The translations under genes and the position numbers were made by a program. Below the pieces are notes generated by a model, which saw nothing but the letters and a program-made list of their open reading frames with translations, made no database searches and had not been told where the DNA came from. A stretch of DNA of 56,260 nucleotides, filler included, from Streblomastix strix (lineage: Eukaryota), in the NCBI GenBank assembly GCA_008636045.1. It is 3 parts of 3 records of this genome, joined end to end, with 100 filler letters (N's around TTAATTAATTAA, not from the genome) between each part and the next. Parts side by side here need not be neighbours in the genome. Positions count along the whole stretch, not along the records: positions 18,795 to 37,481 come from SNRW01000587.1; positions 37,582 to 56,260 come from SNRW01000588.1; 1 more part is not named here. The stretch is one strand, 5' to 3'. Of the stretch, positions 27,300 to 39,457 are shown piece after piece (position 1 is the first letter of the stretch; every line of letters begins with the position of its first letter).

Positions 27300-29671
27300 T
27301 TTATTACGTTATTTATTCTGAATTTCTGCTGGAGTATTTATTTTGAGAATAATAGAACGATTTTAAAAATAATGCCAACTTCACCAATTCTATCTTCTCA
27401 TATATACTGTTTTTAGTTTGATTATGAGTTAATATTATATTATACTTATGGTTATACAGAAATAGATGGTGTTGTTGATGTTTGAACAGTTAATTGATGT
27501 CTTAGTTTTGAAAGTGGTTGAATATGTGATTGGGGAGGTTTGAGGAAGAGCGTAAATAACTGTGATCATGCTTCCATCCAGATACTAACCAATTAAAGCA
27601 TTTATAGCGTACTAAGCTAATAATGCATCTCCCATTGTTAAATAGCCGAATCCTCTGCTTATATCATCTTAATAAATCTACTTTGATTTTAAAACTTTTA
27701 GAGCATCTTTTAAAAAAAATGACATGTTTCTGTTTCAATTGTTTAATAGCATAAATTTCCAACATGAAGTTAAGTTGAATAATTTCGAATTGGTGTTTGT
27801 GATCTGCTTGATGAAGGAGAACGAGCAAAACTGACTTTTCTCTTTCATTAACCAAAATGCATTCTAGATAATGTGTTTCTTTCATTTGTTCCATATTTAA
27901 TTATTTATTATTAATAATTTAACAGAAATCTTATAATAAATTCAATATCGATTAAGTTTCTTTACTGGATTCTTATTGACTTTGATTTTTTATAAATATA
28001 TCATCAGAATATTGTAGAAAAGAAGAAAATAAACCCGTTCTGAAATTTTCCAAAGCCATCGAAAGGGTTTTGGTGAGGAGAATAGGAGCAAGATTGAGTC
28101 CAAATGACATGCCGATGTAGATATATGAACGATCTTCTACTTAAAATATCAGATATGGTTTGAGTGAAGGGTGTATGTAGATATGACTGAATGCGGATTT
28201 GATGTCAATTGGGGTTAGATATGAATTTTTTAGAAGAGCATGTTGGACATCGAAAGGAGATATCATGTTGAAATGAATTTTCTTTGTTTATTCGTTGAAT
28301 GCTCTTGCATCGAGAATCTTTCGGTAACTTCCATCTCTTTTAGGTATACAAAAAGTTGGGGAGAATAGTTTAATGCAAAGAGAATAAACTTAAATAATTA
28401 TTTTCTAACGGAGTTTATTTTAAAAAAAGATGAAATTAATGCCTGATTCCTCTAGAATGTGCGGGATGCGATATATTTTTGAGGATTTGTTTGATGTTTT
28501 CGACAGTCCATAAAAGCAACATTCCCATCATCACCTGTCTTTCTGCTCCAATTGCTCTCCATACTTCCCGGAATCTCATTAGTCTCCCTCCTATTTCTTC
28601 TGATTTCTCTTCCATTTAGCTGTTCTGGGGTTCTGTGCGAAGTTCTTATTGACTCAACGTCTCCTACCTCGCGATTGGGGAATCCAGCTACGCCCCTTGC
28701 TCCCAGCAAAAAGGCTTTACGTTGATTCGCTCCTCTTTTTCAAGTTTTTTAAGGACTGATTCACGGATATCTCCTGGAGGTGGAGTTGTTGCTTTGAGAT
28801 ATTTGCCATTTTCGTTTAAAGCAAGTGATTCACGGGCTACTAATGCTTGGGTTATAATTTATTATGACAATCTAAACGTTCATATTATCGACTTTTTCTG
28901 GCTTTACTATGTTTCTGGATATTCTGCAGCCACATTTGCCATCAAGAGAATGAACCTTGTTGTTGCTACACTTAGTATTATAGATTCTGCAACATCCTCA
29001 TCATCATGCCCTTCCCATTTTGGAAGAGAATCTACAGTAGGAAAGTCAATCTTATCAGGCTCGATAACCCGAATATCTTTCTCAATTTTGAAAGCTGAAA
29101 TCTTATAGTCTAAGGGCTTATGTTGAGATATTGAATCGACACTAATCTTTCTCAGTTCATTATGCACACTGTTATCATCAGTTGAAGCGTAACTACTGGA
29201 GTTTGTGCTAGAGTTGCTCGAAGAATTTTAATATAGGACTATGCTAGCGTTTTAGTGCTGGAATATATTTTATTTTCTTACTTCTTTTCGTTTGCTTGCT
29301 CTATGTATGCTTTGATTCTTAATAAAGGGAAGATTGTTCATTACTATGTTTAGAATCTGCAGAATATTCTTTTTCCCTTCGTTTCTTGTTTTTTCAATTG
29401 TATTACATGATGTGATCACTTGTTTTGCGCTAAGATCCACTTTTAATTGTTGATACTTGTTCAATGCAATTACGTTTCAAAAGTTTCGTCTAAAAAATAT
29501 TCAATATCATCAATTCTATCAAATATCTTTGAGATAATTTTCAGGTTCTGGAATAATTTCTTTAGATTAAGTATAACGATGATCTTGCAATCAGCAAGGG
29601 ACATGACAATTTATAGTTGAAAAGGTGCGTGTGTTGAAAACACGAATTTAATTTGAATAGCCTGACACATT
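27300..29671 (-). mobile_element. DIRS 5' fragment (gag + RT), copy 3, same family as copy 4
   Basis: gag ATG 29604 with HNELRKI...PDKIDFPT...PKWEG; RT FCIPKRDGSYRKILD, IDIKSAF, MSFG, YSDD. Homologous to 43860-46400. Confidence 0.85.
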
Positions 29672-29674
29672 GAT

Positions 29675-30820
29675 GAAGGATGAAAGTATGCAAAGTATTC
29701 TCCTTATAACGAAGTTCAATACTACAATATCGGCCTAAACAACGAATATAAGATAAAAAATGATCAATTTTTTTGATGAATATTACAGTGCCGCATATTA
29801 GGACCGGACATTTTAGGCCCGGACACCCATAGCTGGAGCGATGTATTTAAACCGCTTGAAAAATTAAAATTGATTTTTGAAATTTATCATTGATTAAACA
29901 TTTTTTTGCATTTTAATATATTTATTTATTATATATTTACATATATAAGCCCAATTATTGGTTTAGAAATTGAATTTTTAATAATTCGATGATATTTAAA
30001 TATATAAAAATTAAAAATTTTGTATTTATTTTACTTTGTAACAATTAATATTTTATTTATTTGTACATTAAAATCAATATGAAACATTAATTTGGTTGCT
30101 AAAAGAAAAAAATATAAAAAGACTTCTTCCAACATAATAATAAATTCATTCGACTTCAAATTTCTGAAAATAAAAGAAATAGTTGATAATATCAAATTTA
30201 ATATAAAATTTAATTTAGCTATGAAACAGAGCTTTTGCGTCACTGTAATTCTTTAATATAATTTTTTTTCGTATCAGATTTAAGGCGATTCACTAGTAGA
30301 CTTGTCAAGTGGTTTCGTAAATTATCTAAATATTTGTGAATAAAGTTAAAATTATATTGAGTTATAATAATTTATTGAAACGAAATAAACAAATTAGTTG
30401 TTTATTAAAATTTTTAAAATCTGAACTTTTTAGAATTTATTCCAAAAATTGTCAAAATTTAAATAAATTCAATTTTTGAACCAATTACTGGGTATATATG
30501 AGTAAATATACAATAAATAAATATAGTAAAATGCCAGTAAATGTTTAGTCAAGGATAAGTTTCAAAAATCAATTTTATTTTTTCATGCGGTTTAAATACA
30601 TCCCTCCAACTATGGGCGTCCGGGCTTAAAATGCTTTCCGGTCCTAATATGCGGTACCATAACAAGAGAGATATGAACATGTTGGGTAACATGTTAAAGT
30701 TTCATCCTTAGAAGCGATGTGTCTTCCATTTCAAGATATTGCAATAGATACAATCTTTTCAATGCACTCAAGAAAGAACTCAGTGCGTCCATCCAGTGAT
30801 TTGATTACAAAATTTCTACA
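29675..30820 (-). pseudogene. WD40 gene remnant (CFAP52-like N-terminus) with a MITE in its intron
   Basis: Exon pieces FVIKSLDGRTEFFLE...IVSIAIS*NGRHIAS and, after a TTTAG acceptor, ADIVVLNF resemble the CFAP52 segment IAVSKSGRYIASG...ADIILWDF. Confidence 0.35.
29786..30659. mobile_element. Non-autonomous TIR element, ~200 bp TIRs, TA flanks (Tc1/mariner-pogo-like)
   Basis: TA|CAGTGCCGCATATTAGGACCGG ... CCGGTCCTAATATGCGGTACCA|TA; inverted similarity extends over ~29786-30000 versus ~30440-30659. Confidence 0.8.
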
Positions 30821-31905
30821 AATCATATAAATCTCACGTTAGTAAAAATCGTACTTGATAAAAATAGTAAATATAATAATAAAAATCAAATGACACAATT
30901 GAATATTTTAACAAAACATAATAATAAATAAAAAATATAGTCAACTATAATGGGTAAAACAAAATTTATTAAGAAAAATATTATTATGCAAGTTTCTTGA
31001 CAAAAATTAGATAAAAATATACAAAATATATATTAAAAAATTGATATAAAAAATATAAAGAATTTTAAAGAAAAATAATATTTAAATAATACATTGGCTC
31101 ATGATATTGAGATTGAAAATTAAAATAAATGTCATAACATTCTTATTAATTAGTTCTTTTTGCAGTTACTTGTATAAATTATAATAATAGTGAAATCTAC
31201 AATAAATAAAATATAGTATATGACTGTAACGCGCCCCATTGCAGAAGACATTTCCAGAAACTTTATGCGTCTGTACAGCATCACCTACAACATCACAACA
31301 ATTTTCATATAAGTTTTCTTTGCTCCGCCCCCAATCCAACCAAGTTAAGATATACTATAACTGTACGTTAAAGATTTAATTGACTTGAAAATTGAAAACT
31401 AAAATAAAAAAAAATATTTGTATTCAATATAATTTTTAATGGTAATTACTAGGATAATATTGACTTTATCTCTTGGTTAATTGTCAATTATTACTTCAAC
31501 ACTGCTGCCGACCAGTGCAGAAAAATGTACGCATTTTGATATTATTTTATATGGGGCTGATCTATTTTGATCTTAACACTCGCTTATTCTTATTATTTTT
31601 ATTTTATTCGAGACTTATATAATCTATTTCTTCGGTTTTGTACACTATATACCAATTCGAACGATTGAATTAAACAAAATAAAAAAAATGTTTATATTAC
31701 TTTATAAAAACCATATTTTTCATAATTCAATTATATATTTTAAACATGTTTTTAAATGTAACCATTATTTAATAATAATTTTTTTTAATTTTAAAACATT
31801 TCGAAAGAAAACCACCTTTTGTTTTAAATTTTAATAAAAAAATTTATTTATTTTTATTTTGCTTTGATTATTTTTAACTTTGCTTCCTTTGTTAAAATCT
31901 TAGTA

Positions 31906-33558
31906 ATGAGTAATTTTATTCGACCAGCAGTGGGCATTGACTTAGGAACAACAAAATCATGTGTAGGTGTATGGCGCAACGGGAGCGTAGAGATATTCCC
32001 AAATGTTCAAGGAAACCGTACAATACCGTCCTGGGTGGCTTTCACACAAACTGAGCAACTGATTGGTGAAGCTGCAAAGAATTATAGCAATATAAGCCCA
32101 GAAAACTCTTTGTTTGACAGTAAGCGTATGATTGGACGGCGATATAGCGACCAGGAAATCCAAAATGATATGAAGTTCTGGCCATTCAAATTAGTTGACA
32201 GGGGCAACATACCAACGTATCAGATAAGATATAAGGGCGAAGTTTATGAGTTTTCTCCAATATAGATTTGCTCCATGGTTGTGTCAAAGATGAAAGAAAT
32301 GTGTGAATCTTATTTGGGTCATGAAGTCACTGAAGCTGTTGTCACATTACCAGCAGGTTTTATCTTTAGATAAAGATAAGAATTAAATGAAGCTGTTAAA
32401 CTTGCTGGCCTTAAAACAATTCGTTTCATCAGTGAAACAACGGCTGCTGGATTAACATATGCATTCGTAAATCTTCCAGATTAGGAGTAGAATGTTCAAC
32501 TTGGTTAATAGTAGAATGTCCAACTTTAAGAAGATAAGAACATCCTCGTCTACAACTGTGGTGGTGGAACAGTTAGTGCGTCTGTCGTGATTCTAGATGG
32601 AGGAGCGATTGATGTAAAATCTACATCTGGAAACACCCATTTAGGAGGTGAAGACTTGGATAATATTCTTACTTACTACATGGCTGATTAATTCAAAAGG
32701 AAGTACAAGAAGGATCTTATGGGTAACTCACGTTCAGTTGGGCGTCTGCGTACAGCATGTGAGCGTGCAAAGAGAGCACTTTCAACTTAAACACAAGCAA
32801 CTATTGAGATTGACTCTTTGTTTGAATGTTTGGACTTCAATGCTGTGATCACCAGAGCATAATTCGAATAAATGTGTGATCAACAGTTCCGTATGTGTCT
32901 TGAACCAATTGACCGTGCACTTCTTGATTCCAAACTTGATAAATCTAAGATTGATGAGATTGTTCTTGTTGGTGGATCAACTCGTATTCCACGTATCCAA
33001 CAATTGATCAAAGAGAAGTTCAATGGAAAAGAATTATACAAATCAATCAACCCAGATGAAGCCGTTGCGTATGGAGCAGCAGTACAAGCAGCCATCATAA
33101 AAGGAACCATTGGTCCTAAAGGATATTCTGTATTACTGATGGATTTAACTCCAATTTCACTTGGTATAGAAACTGCTGGAGGTGTGATGACTTTTCTGAT
33201 CAGCAGGAACACTCCCATACCATGCCAGAAATAAGAGACTTTAACAACATATTAAGACGGCTAGACTTCAATTGGTATTCAGATCTATGAAGGAGAAAAT
33301 TAGTTTGCGAAGCAGAACCGCTTGATTGGAGCTTTTATATTGGATGGCATTGTACCAGCTCCACGAGGCGTACCTAAAATTACAGTTTAGTTTGATATTG
33401 ATGCAAATGGTATACTGTAAGTGTCTGCAGAAGATAAAGGAACTGGGAGACGAAACTTGGTCACAATCACGAATGATGTTAGTAACGAATAGGCAATCAT
33501 ACAAACGGGGGATATCTGCAAATAGTTTCCAGTTGCTGTTTCAATATAAGCCTAATGA
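31906..33558 (+). CDS. HSP70: Divergent intronless HSP70-family protein (550 aa) lacking the helical lid and EEVD
   Basis: [52 protein letters not shown]. One open frame with TAR=Gln; TGA at 33556-33558. Confidence 0.88.
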
Positions 33559-33829
33559 TTTCAATGAAAGTTCAATTTCTTGATTAAATTAACTCCAATA
33601 GTAACAAATGTTTTGTAGTGGAGTGCAGATGGATAAGGATTAATTTTTTTAATTTTTAATATTATTAACCCTTTCAGAAATCCTGTTATTCAATAAAGCT
33701 GATCTGAAATTCTTTTTTTCACCAATTGTTGTTTTCCATTTCTTTGTTAATTGCGTCAGTGAATGACTATTCTGAGAGTATTAGATAAGTTTGAATACAT
33801 ACTAATTTAAATTTGAGGTTTCCAGAAAT

Positions 33830-34286
33830 GCCTGCCCCACCTTCAAAAGCCCTTCCCCGATTTTATTTTTGCCCCACTTTGTAAAAAAAATCAAAAAACA
33901 AATAAAAAATTTTTTTCTTAATATGATTATAAATTTTGTTAATAATATATTAATAGTATTTTATTATTCACATTAAATAATATTTATATTAATTAATATT
34001 AAATAGGTTTCAAGAACAAAATATAAATTAACTGGAGGCAAAGTGGGGCAAGTTCTTTTTAAGACGAGAAATTAAACATTAAATATAATATTTGTATAAA
34101 AATATGCTTATAACAATTTTAAATTTTTTCTAATTACTAATTTTTACATTAATTGCCCATAAATGTCACAAAAATAAAAAAGGGCAGCTGCCCCCAATTA
34201 AAAAATTCTAACCTAAATTAAATTTTCTGCCCCCAATTAAAAACTGATGTCCTCAATTGAAAACTTACCCCACTTGTTTCACCGTA
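33830..34286. repeat. Cluster of TGCCCCA(C) motifs with a short inverted pair (MITE-like remnant)
   Basis: AAGTGGGGCAAGTT (~34041) versus AACTTACCCCACTT (~34262), plus about five further GCCCC(C)A copies. Confidence 0.4.
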
Positions 34287-35520
34287 TTTCATTGTTCTAT
34301 ATTCTTTTTTCTATATTTTATTTAATTAATATGAATATTTGCTCACACATTTGAATATAATTATTAATATTTAACTAACTTTTGATAAAATATGTGCATT
34401 TTTTAATTTTTTCATTAAACCAAAACTTTCACAGTTATACGCTCAAAATAGTTATTGAATTCTTTTTTATATAGCAATTATTGAATTTCAATTAGCAAAT
34501 CAAAACAAATAATTTCAAACTATACTCCTAAAATAATTTTATTAAAATTTCCAAACAAATTTTCACGTTAAACAGCCAATCAAAACAGTAATTCTACATA
34601 CTATTTATTTATATACAGACTATGATAATTTAAACCAGTTTTATATTAGATAAACTACTAAATAACAGTAGTTAGTGAAGATAAATAAACTCACATTTTT
34701 TTCTTCATATTTTTTAAGTAGGTTTAGAATTTTTTTTAATGTTTCTGATTTAATTAATATTATATTAATTACATTTTAATAAAAACCTAAGCAAATGTGG
34801 AAATTGTGAAATTTCAGTGGCAAATAGATTATTTTCCAATGACAAAAAAGTATTTTCTGTTAGATTCAAATCCTAATTAATGCATTATTTTAATTAAATT
34901 AAAACTTTGTCTTAATAACATTATTGTTTATAAATTAATATCGTATAAAAAAGTTTAAAAAACGATCCACCTACTTAGATAAGCAACGGACAGTCGAGAA
35001 GTTGTCACAGGTAATTTAATACGCTGAAGTTATTCAAATAATTCCGCAGGCTGAAAGAAGAAGCAGTTTTTAATTTATTTTCAACCAACGTGCGTAGTTC
35101 TGCGCAGTTGAAGTATATTATTCTACAGCATATATACATTTCATGATTTGTTAGGACAGGCTCCAATAGACTAATAATTTTGATTAATGACTAGAATTTC
35201 ACTAAATATAATTTTCAGTACAGCACGGTGAAAATGTCCGATGAAGAAATTTATCTAAAGATCCAGAAGAAATAGTATGAAATTAATATTATATATGTAT
35301 GTAATAAATGTATATGTATAAATTATATCTATTAAGAATTTATATTTGCTCTATTAGATTTTATAATTTTATGGAAAAATAGCATTTAAGGTATAGATTT
35401 TTTAAATAACTGAACTGGAAAGTACTGATGAACCATGATTTCATTAATTCATTCCTTTCATTATTATTACAACATTCATACTCTATCATATTTCAAAAGG
35501 ACATTAACCAAAGACGAAAA

Positions 35521-35784
35521 TTCATTTTATTGATTTTTAGCATATTTTATACAAAAAAATTTATTGGGAAAATAAGTATAATTTCACTTTATTTTTTACT
35601 TACAATATTAAATTACTTTTGTTGGTTATACATTTAATTTAAGATAAATTTAATATATTAATTAAAATTTATTATAATAAATAAAATATATAAACAAAAT
35701 ATATGTAATTTGAAAATGTGAAATTATACTTATTTTCCCAATAAATTTTTTTGTATAAAATATATTAAAATTCAATAAAATGAA
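35521..35784. repeat. Foldback element with near-perfect ~67 bp inverted arms
   Basis: TTCATTTTATTGA...TTTATTGGGAAAATAAGTATAATTTCAC versus GTGAAATTATACTTATTTTCCCAATAAA...TCAATAAAATGAA. Confidence 0.85.
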
Positions 35785-36363
35785 TAGTTCATATTGTAGC
35801 GATGGAATGAACTAAGGGCACTTCTCGCAAATAAAAATATGTGAAAAAAATGAAACATTTAAAACATATCTCAAAAATATCTTTAAAGCAGATCGTAAAT
35901 TAAATGAAAATATATAAGCAATTGAATTTGAAAAGTAATAATTTAATTGCAATACTTGCATTTAAGTTAATTATAATAAATATTGTTTTGAATTTTCGAC
36001 GAACATTCCTCAGAACAATGCAAGGGAATAAGCGTTCATATTCAAATGCGTTTACGATTACAGCAAACTGTTATAGTAAATGGTGTACAGTAATTATACC
36101 GTTAATCCTTATGATTTTCTAGTGTTACTATTTAATTAATAAAAATAAATATAAGAGGGGTTAGCGAAAAAAAGTTAATTATTTTATTAAACTTTGTTTT
36201 ATAGCATGCATGATAGTTTAATTGTTTTGATTTTATGGTTAAGTAATATAAAATAATTAATTACTTTAATTTTTTAAATAAAATTTGTTTTATAAATACA
36301 AATACAATAGTTAACGTTTTTCTAGTTAAAAATATTATAAAATATTTTATGAAAAAATTGAAT

Positions 36364-36549
36364 AAAAACCGTGATTGTTGGGGGGCTGCTGCCACAACCC
36401 TCAACTCAGGCACAGCAGTGATGTTAGGAATCCGTACTTTTGAAATCTGCGGATGCTCCTCAATGTCTGCCAACATTGGATATAGGGGTGAATCGAACGT
36501 ATCCACTGAAATCGTTGTTTCGGTGTGGCAGCACCTACGCTACGACCCC
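36364..36549 (-). ncRNA. Candidate Pol III structured ncRNA, copy B
   Basis: A-box-like TAGCGTAGG starts at +8, B box GTTCGATTC at +52, T5 terminator at 36368-36364. A closing 10-bp stem TGCTGCCACA/TGTGGCAGCA encloses four hairpins. GC-rich island in AT-rich DNA. Confidence 0.6.
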
Positions 36550-36722
36550 GGCGACAAAAGCAATATTAAAAAATTCCAATTTAAATTAAATATATTACTT
36601 AAATTATAATGTCTTATTAAATGGTTTGAAATTTCAAACAATTATTTTTAAAAATTTTTGAAAGGATTATTAGCATTTATGCAAGCAACATAGTTGCTAT
36701 CTATAAAAGTTACATAAAATAA

Positions 36723-37481
36723 ATGTAAAAATAAAATGCCAAATTTATAGATGGCAAGGCGTTCAAAGTTGATAAAATTAAATTAGTGGATTTCATTAAA
36801 AATTTGAATTTTGTTTTTAAAAAGTAACTCTACATCAATAATTTAGAGGGGTAGTTTGAAGATTAAACTATTTCTTAATGGAATAAGATTTATCTAGATA
36901 ATTTTTAAAACTATTATGTTGAACGAATAAAATCAAACGTTAAACCATAAAATACAAAGATTTAATAGGAATCAATTAAAATTTAGGATCCATTTAAAAG
37001 TTAAGTTAAAGATAAAACCGATATAATATAAGATATAAAATTAAAACCATTAAAGAGGTATTAACGTCCATATTTCTCACCTGAATTAACGAGCTGGGAA
37101 TTTGATATTATATTTATAACGCATCCATCAATTAATAAAGTTATTCAATAATATCTATTTTGCAATAATATTAAGACTAAATATTTAATAGTATTTCCAA
37201 TTAAAAATAAATCAGCTAATGAGCTTTTATAATGTATTAGATAATTAAAATCTAACTAACTTGTAAGCAATATTAGATCAGATGGTGAATCTGCATTGGG
37301 AAGTAAATAAGTTAAGGATTATTTAATTGATAACGACATAAAATACTTCTACAATTCTTCACCATTCATTAATAAAAACAGAGTTATTGATTCAGTTGTT
37401 AGAACGATAAGGCATGCGTTTGAAAAAGATCATTAAAAAATCGCTAATAATAAGTAATTATAATAAGTTGTAGATGATTAT
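36723..37481 (+). CDS. rve integrase (Maverick/c-integrase type), open frame cut by the contig end
   Basis: RPYFSP...SWEFDIIF, TKYLIVFPIKNKS, IRSDGESA, NKNRVIDSVVRTIR, LQQVVDDY; no TGA in 253 codons. Confidence 0.85.
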
Positions 37482-37581
37482 NNNNNNNNNNNNNNNNNNN
37501 NNNNNNNNNNNNNNNNNNNNNNNNNTTAATTAATTAANNNNNNNNNNNNNNNNNNNNNNNNNNNNNNNNNNNNNNNNNNNN
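37482..37581. other. Artificial contig linker (N44-TTAATTAATTAA-N44)
   Basis: Same spacer as 18695-18794. Confidence 0.95.
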
Positions 37582-38107
37582 AATTCATTCCTTGGAAACG
37601 GTATCTAAAAAAAAATCAATAAAATAAAAATATCAATTTCACACCTTGACTAATTATTTATAAGACATTCTAGCATGATGAAGTGCTTTGTAGACAAGTG
37701 CTAAAGAACATGGTTAAACTCTCGAAACATATTCATGAATCATTATGGCGGAAGGAAGGTCCAATTCATCCAAAGTTGCAAGTACGTTATAGATGATTCT
37801 CTCAACCATGCCCTTACGCCCAGGCTTTTTTGGACCTGTAGTTTCATGTCCTTACCGCATACTTGCTAATAAATAATAAATTGGACGTTCTGAAATAGGA
37901 ATTATATCGGAAACTTGAGAAACTGTGAAGTGTAGATTCAACAGTTTAATGGCTATTAATTTTAATTAAAGTGTGAAAGTTGTTCGTTTTTTGCAACGGG
38001 GAGGATCATATCTATGTAAAAAATCTAAGTTTTCAGCGTCCATTTTTGAATTTTAAATTTTTTTAGCCCAAAAATAAAAAATCTACTGCTTATAAAAAAA
38101 CAACAGC

Positions 38108-39234
38108 TGTAAGATTTCCTATAAGATTTGAAGGTTGTTTAGCTTAACAAAAATGATACTATATAAAATAATAATTTATCTTATCACATGATTCCTCCTG
38201 AGAAACCTGATATTGTTTATCTTTTAGTAGGAGATATTGCTGATGTTCTATCGTATTAAAGATACAATGTAAGAATTGTAAATATACAAAATGCTGCTAA
38301 CGGTGATAAGATACCACAAAATTCAATTTTTTAGATTGGTGCAGCTAAATTTGATACATTAGAGATATAGAATGTATGCTTCAATATTGAAAATGAAGAA
38401 GCTATAATTAGCTTGATTCAAAAACAAAAAATAGTTAACTTTTCTACATAAGTATTTAGAACATAATCATCGAACTTTCCATTTAGTGGATTTGATAAAA
38501 ATAGTGGATCAATGTAAAGCATTATGTCATTCTCTAACATAAAATCACTATTTATGACATTTGTTATGCCCTAATATCCAACATGGTTTTTCCCTATATT
38601 ATTCGCAGGACTTAATCTAGTTATTGATTAGAATAATGTTATCCAATAGCCATATAAATCATTAAATTTAGCAACTAATGGATAAATGTTTGATTATTTC
38701 GTCGATTAAGAAGCTGTTAGTGCATCATCAGATCTATATCATTCACTTACATTCGAGAACTTGAATATTGATGATAAGAAAAATTACTATGGAAGGATAG
38801 ATAATGCCGATTAATATAAATAAGATAACTTATTCTATTAAACAGCATTGTATAGTGGATGTAAAGCTATTAATACACTTTATCCTAACAAATATATGCT
38901 TGCATGGAAATTGGCTACTGATGAATCATTTATGCGAGGATTTAACTCCTCAAACTTAGGTGCTAGAACTAATGTATAAGTTATTTTATAGGGAAATTTG
39001 ATTAAAGGATTAATTGATACATCAAATATAAATCCATCATAGAACTAAAACGATTTCAAATAATTCATTGGAACAAGAGCATATCCTGATCTTACTAAAG
39101 CATCAATTGCTCCAATGATGCACTACTTGCGTGATGCGTTTGTTAGTACTATATTTGATGAGAGTTCAATGTTATAAGTACTAAATATTGACATTATTTG
39201 AGAGCTTGTTTGTGGAGCTATAAAATCTCAATGA
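38108..39234 (+). pseudogene. Putative major capsid protein (double jelly-roll), 5'-truncated
   Basis: Long beta-rich frame (FSNIKSLFMTF, PNKYMLAWKLATDESFMRGFNSS, MMHYLRDAF) with one TGA at 39199. The function is inferred from composition and context. Confidence 0.5.
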
Positions 39235-39457
39235 AATAAAAATACATTTATATTTCTTTTACATACCTTTGATTCGCAGTCATATTTGATTTCAGCTTCC
39301 CAAATGGTTTTAACGATTGCGTGCCAATTTATGATTAATTAATCTATGGCGTAAATTATTGTCTCATTAAATCGATCCATTTTTGTTTATTTTTTAAAAT
39401 TTAGTATTTATACCAGCAGTTCTACTGATACCAACTCTGCTGGCGGCCTAAAGGCTA

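Noticed and set aside
36261..36609. Short ORFs 36261-36506 (-), 36349-36609 (+) and 18237-18425 (+) from the ORF track
   Set aside because: By-products of the GC-rich structured islands; no protein motifs.
37582..38100. Possible transposase fragment at the start of the third contig
   Set aside because: Coding-like but no recognisable motif; cannot be supported.
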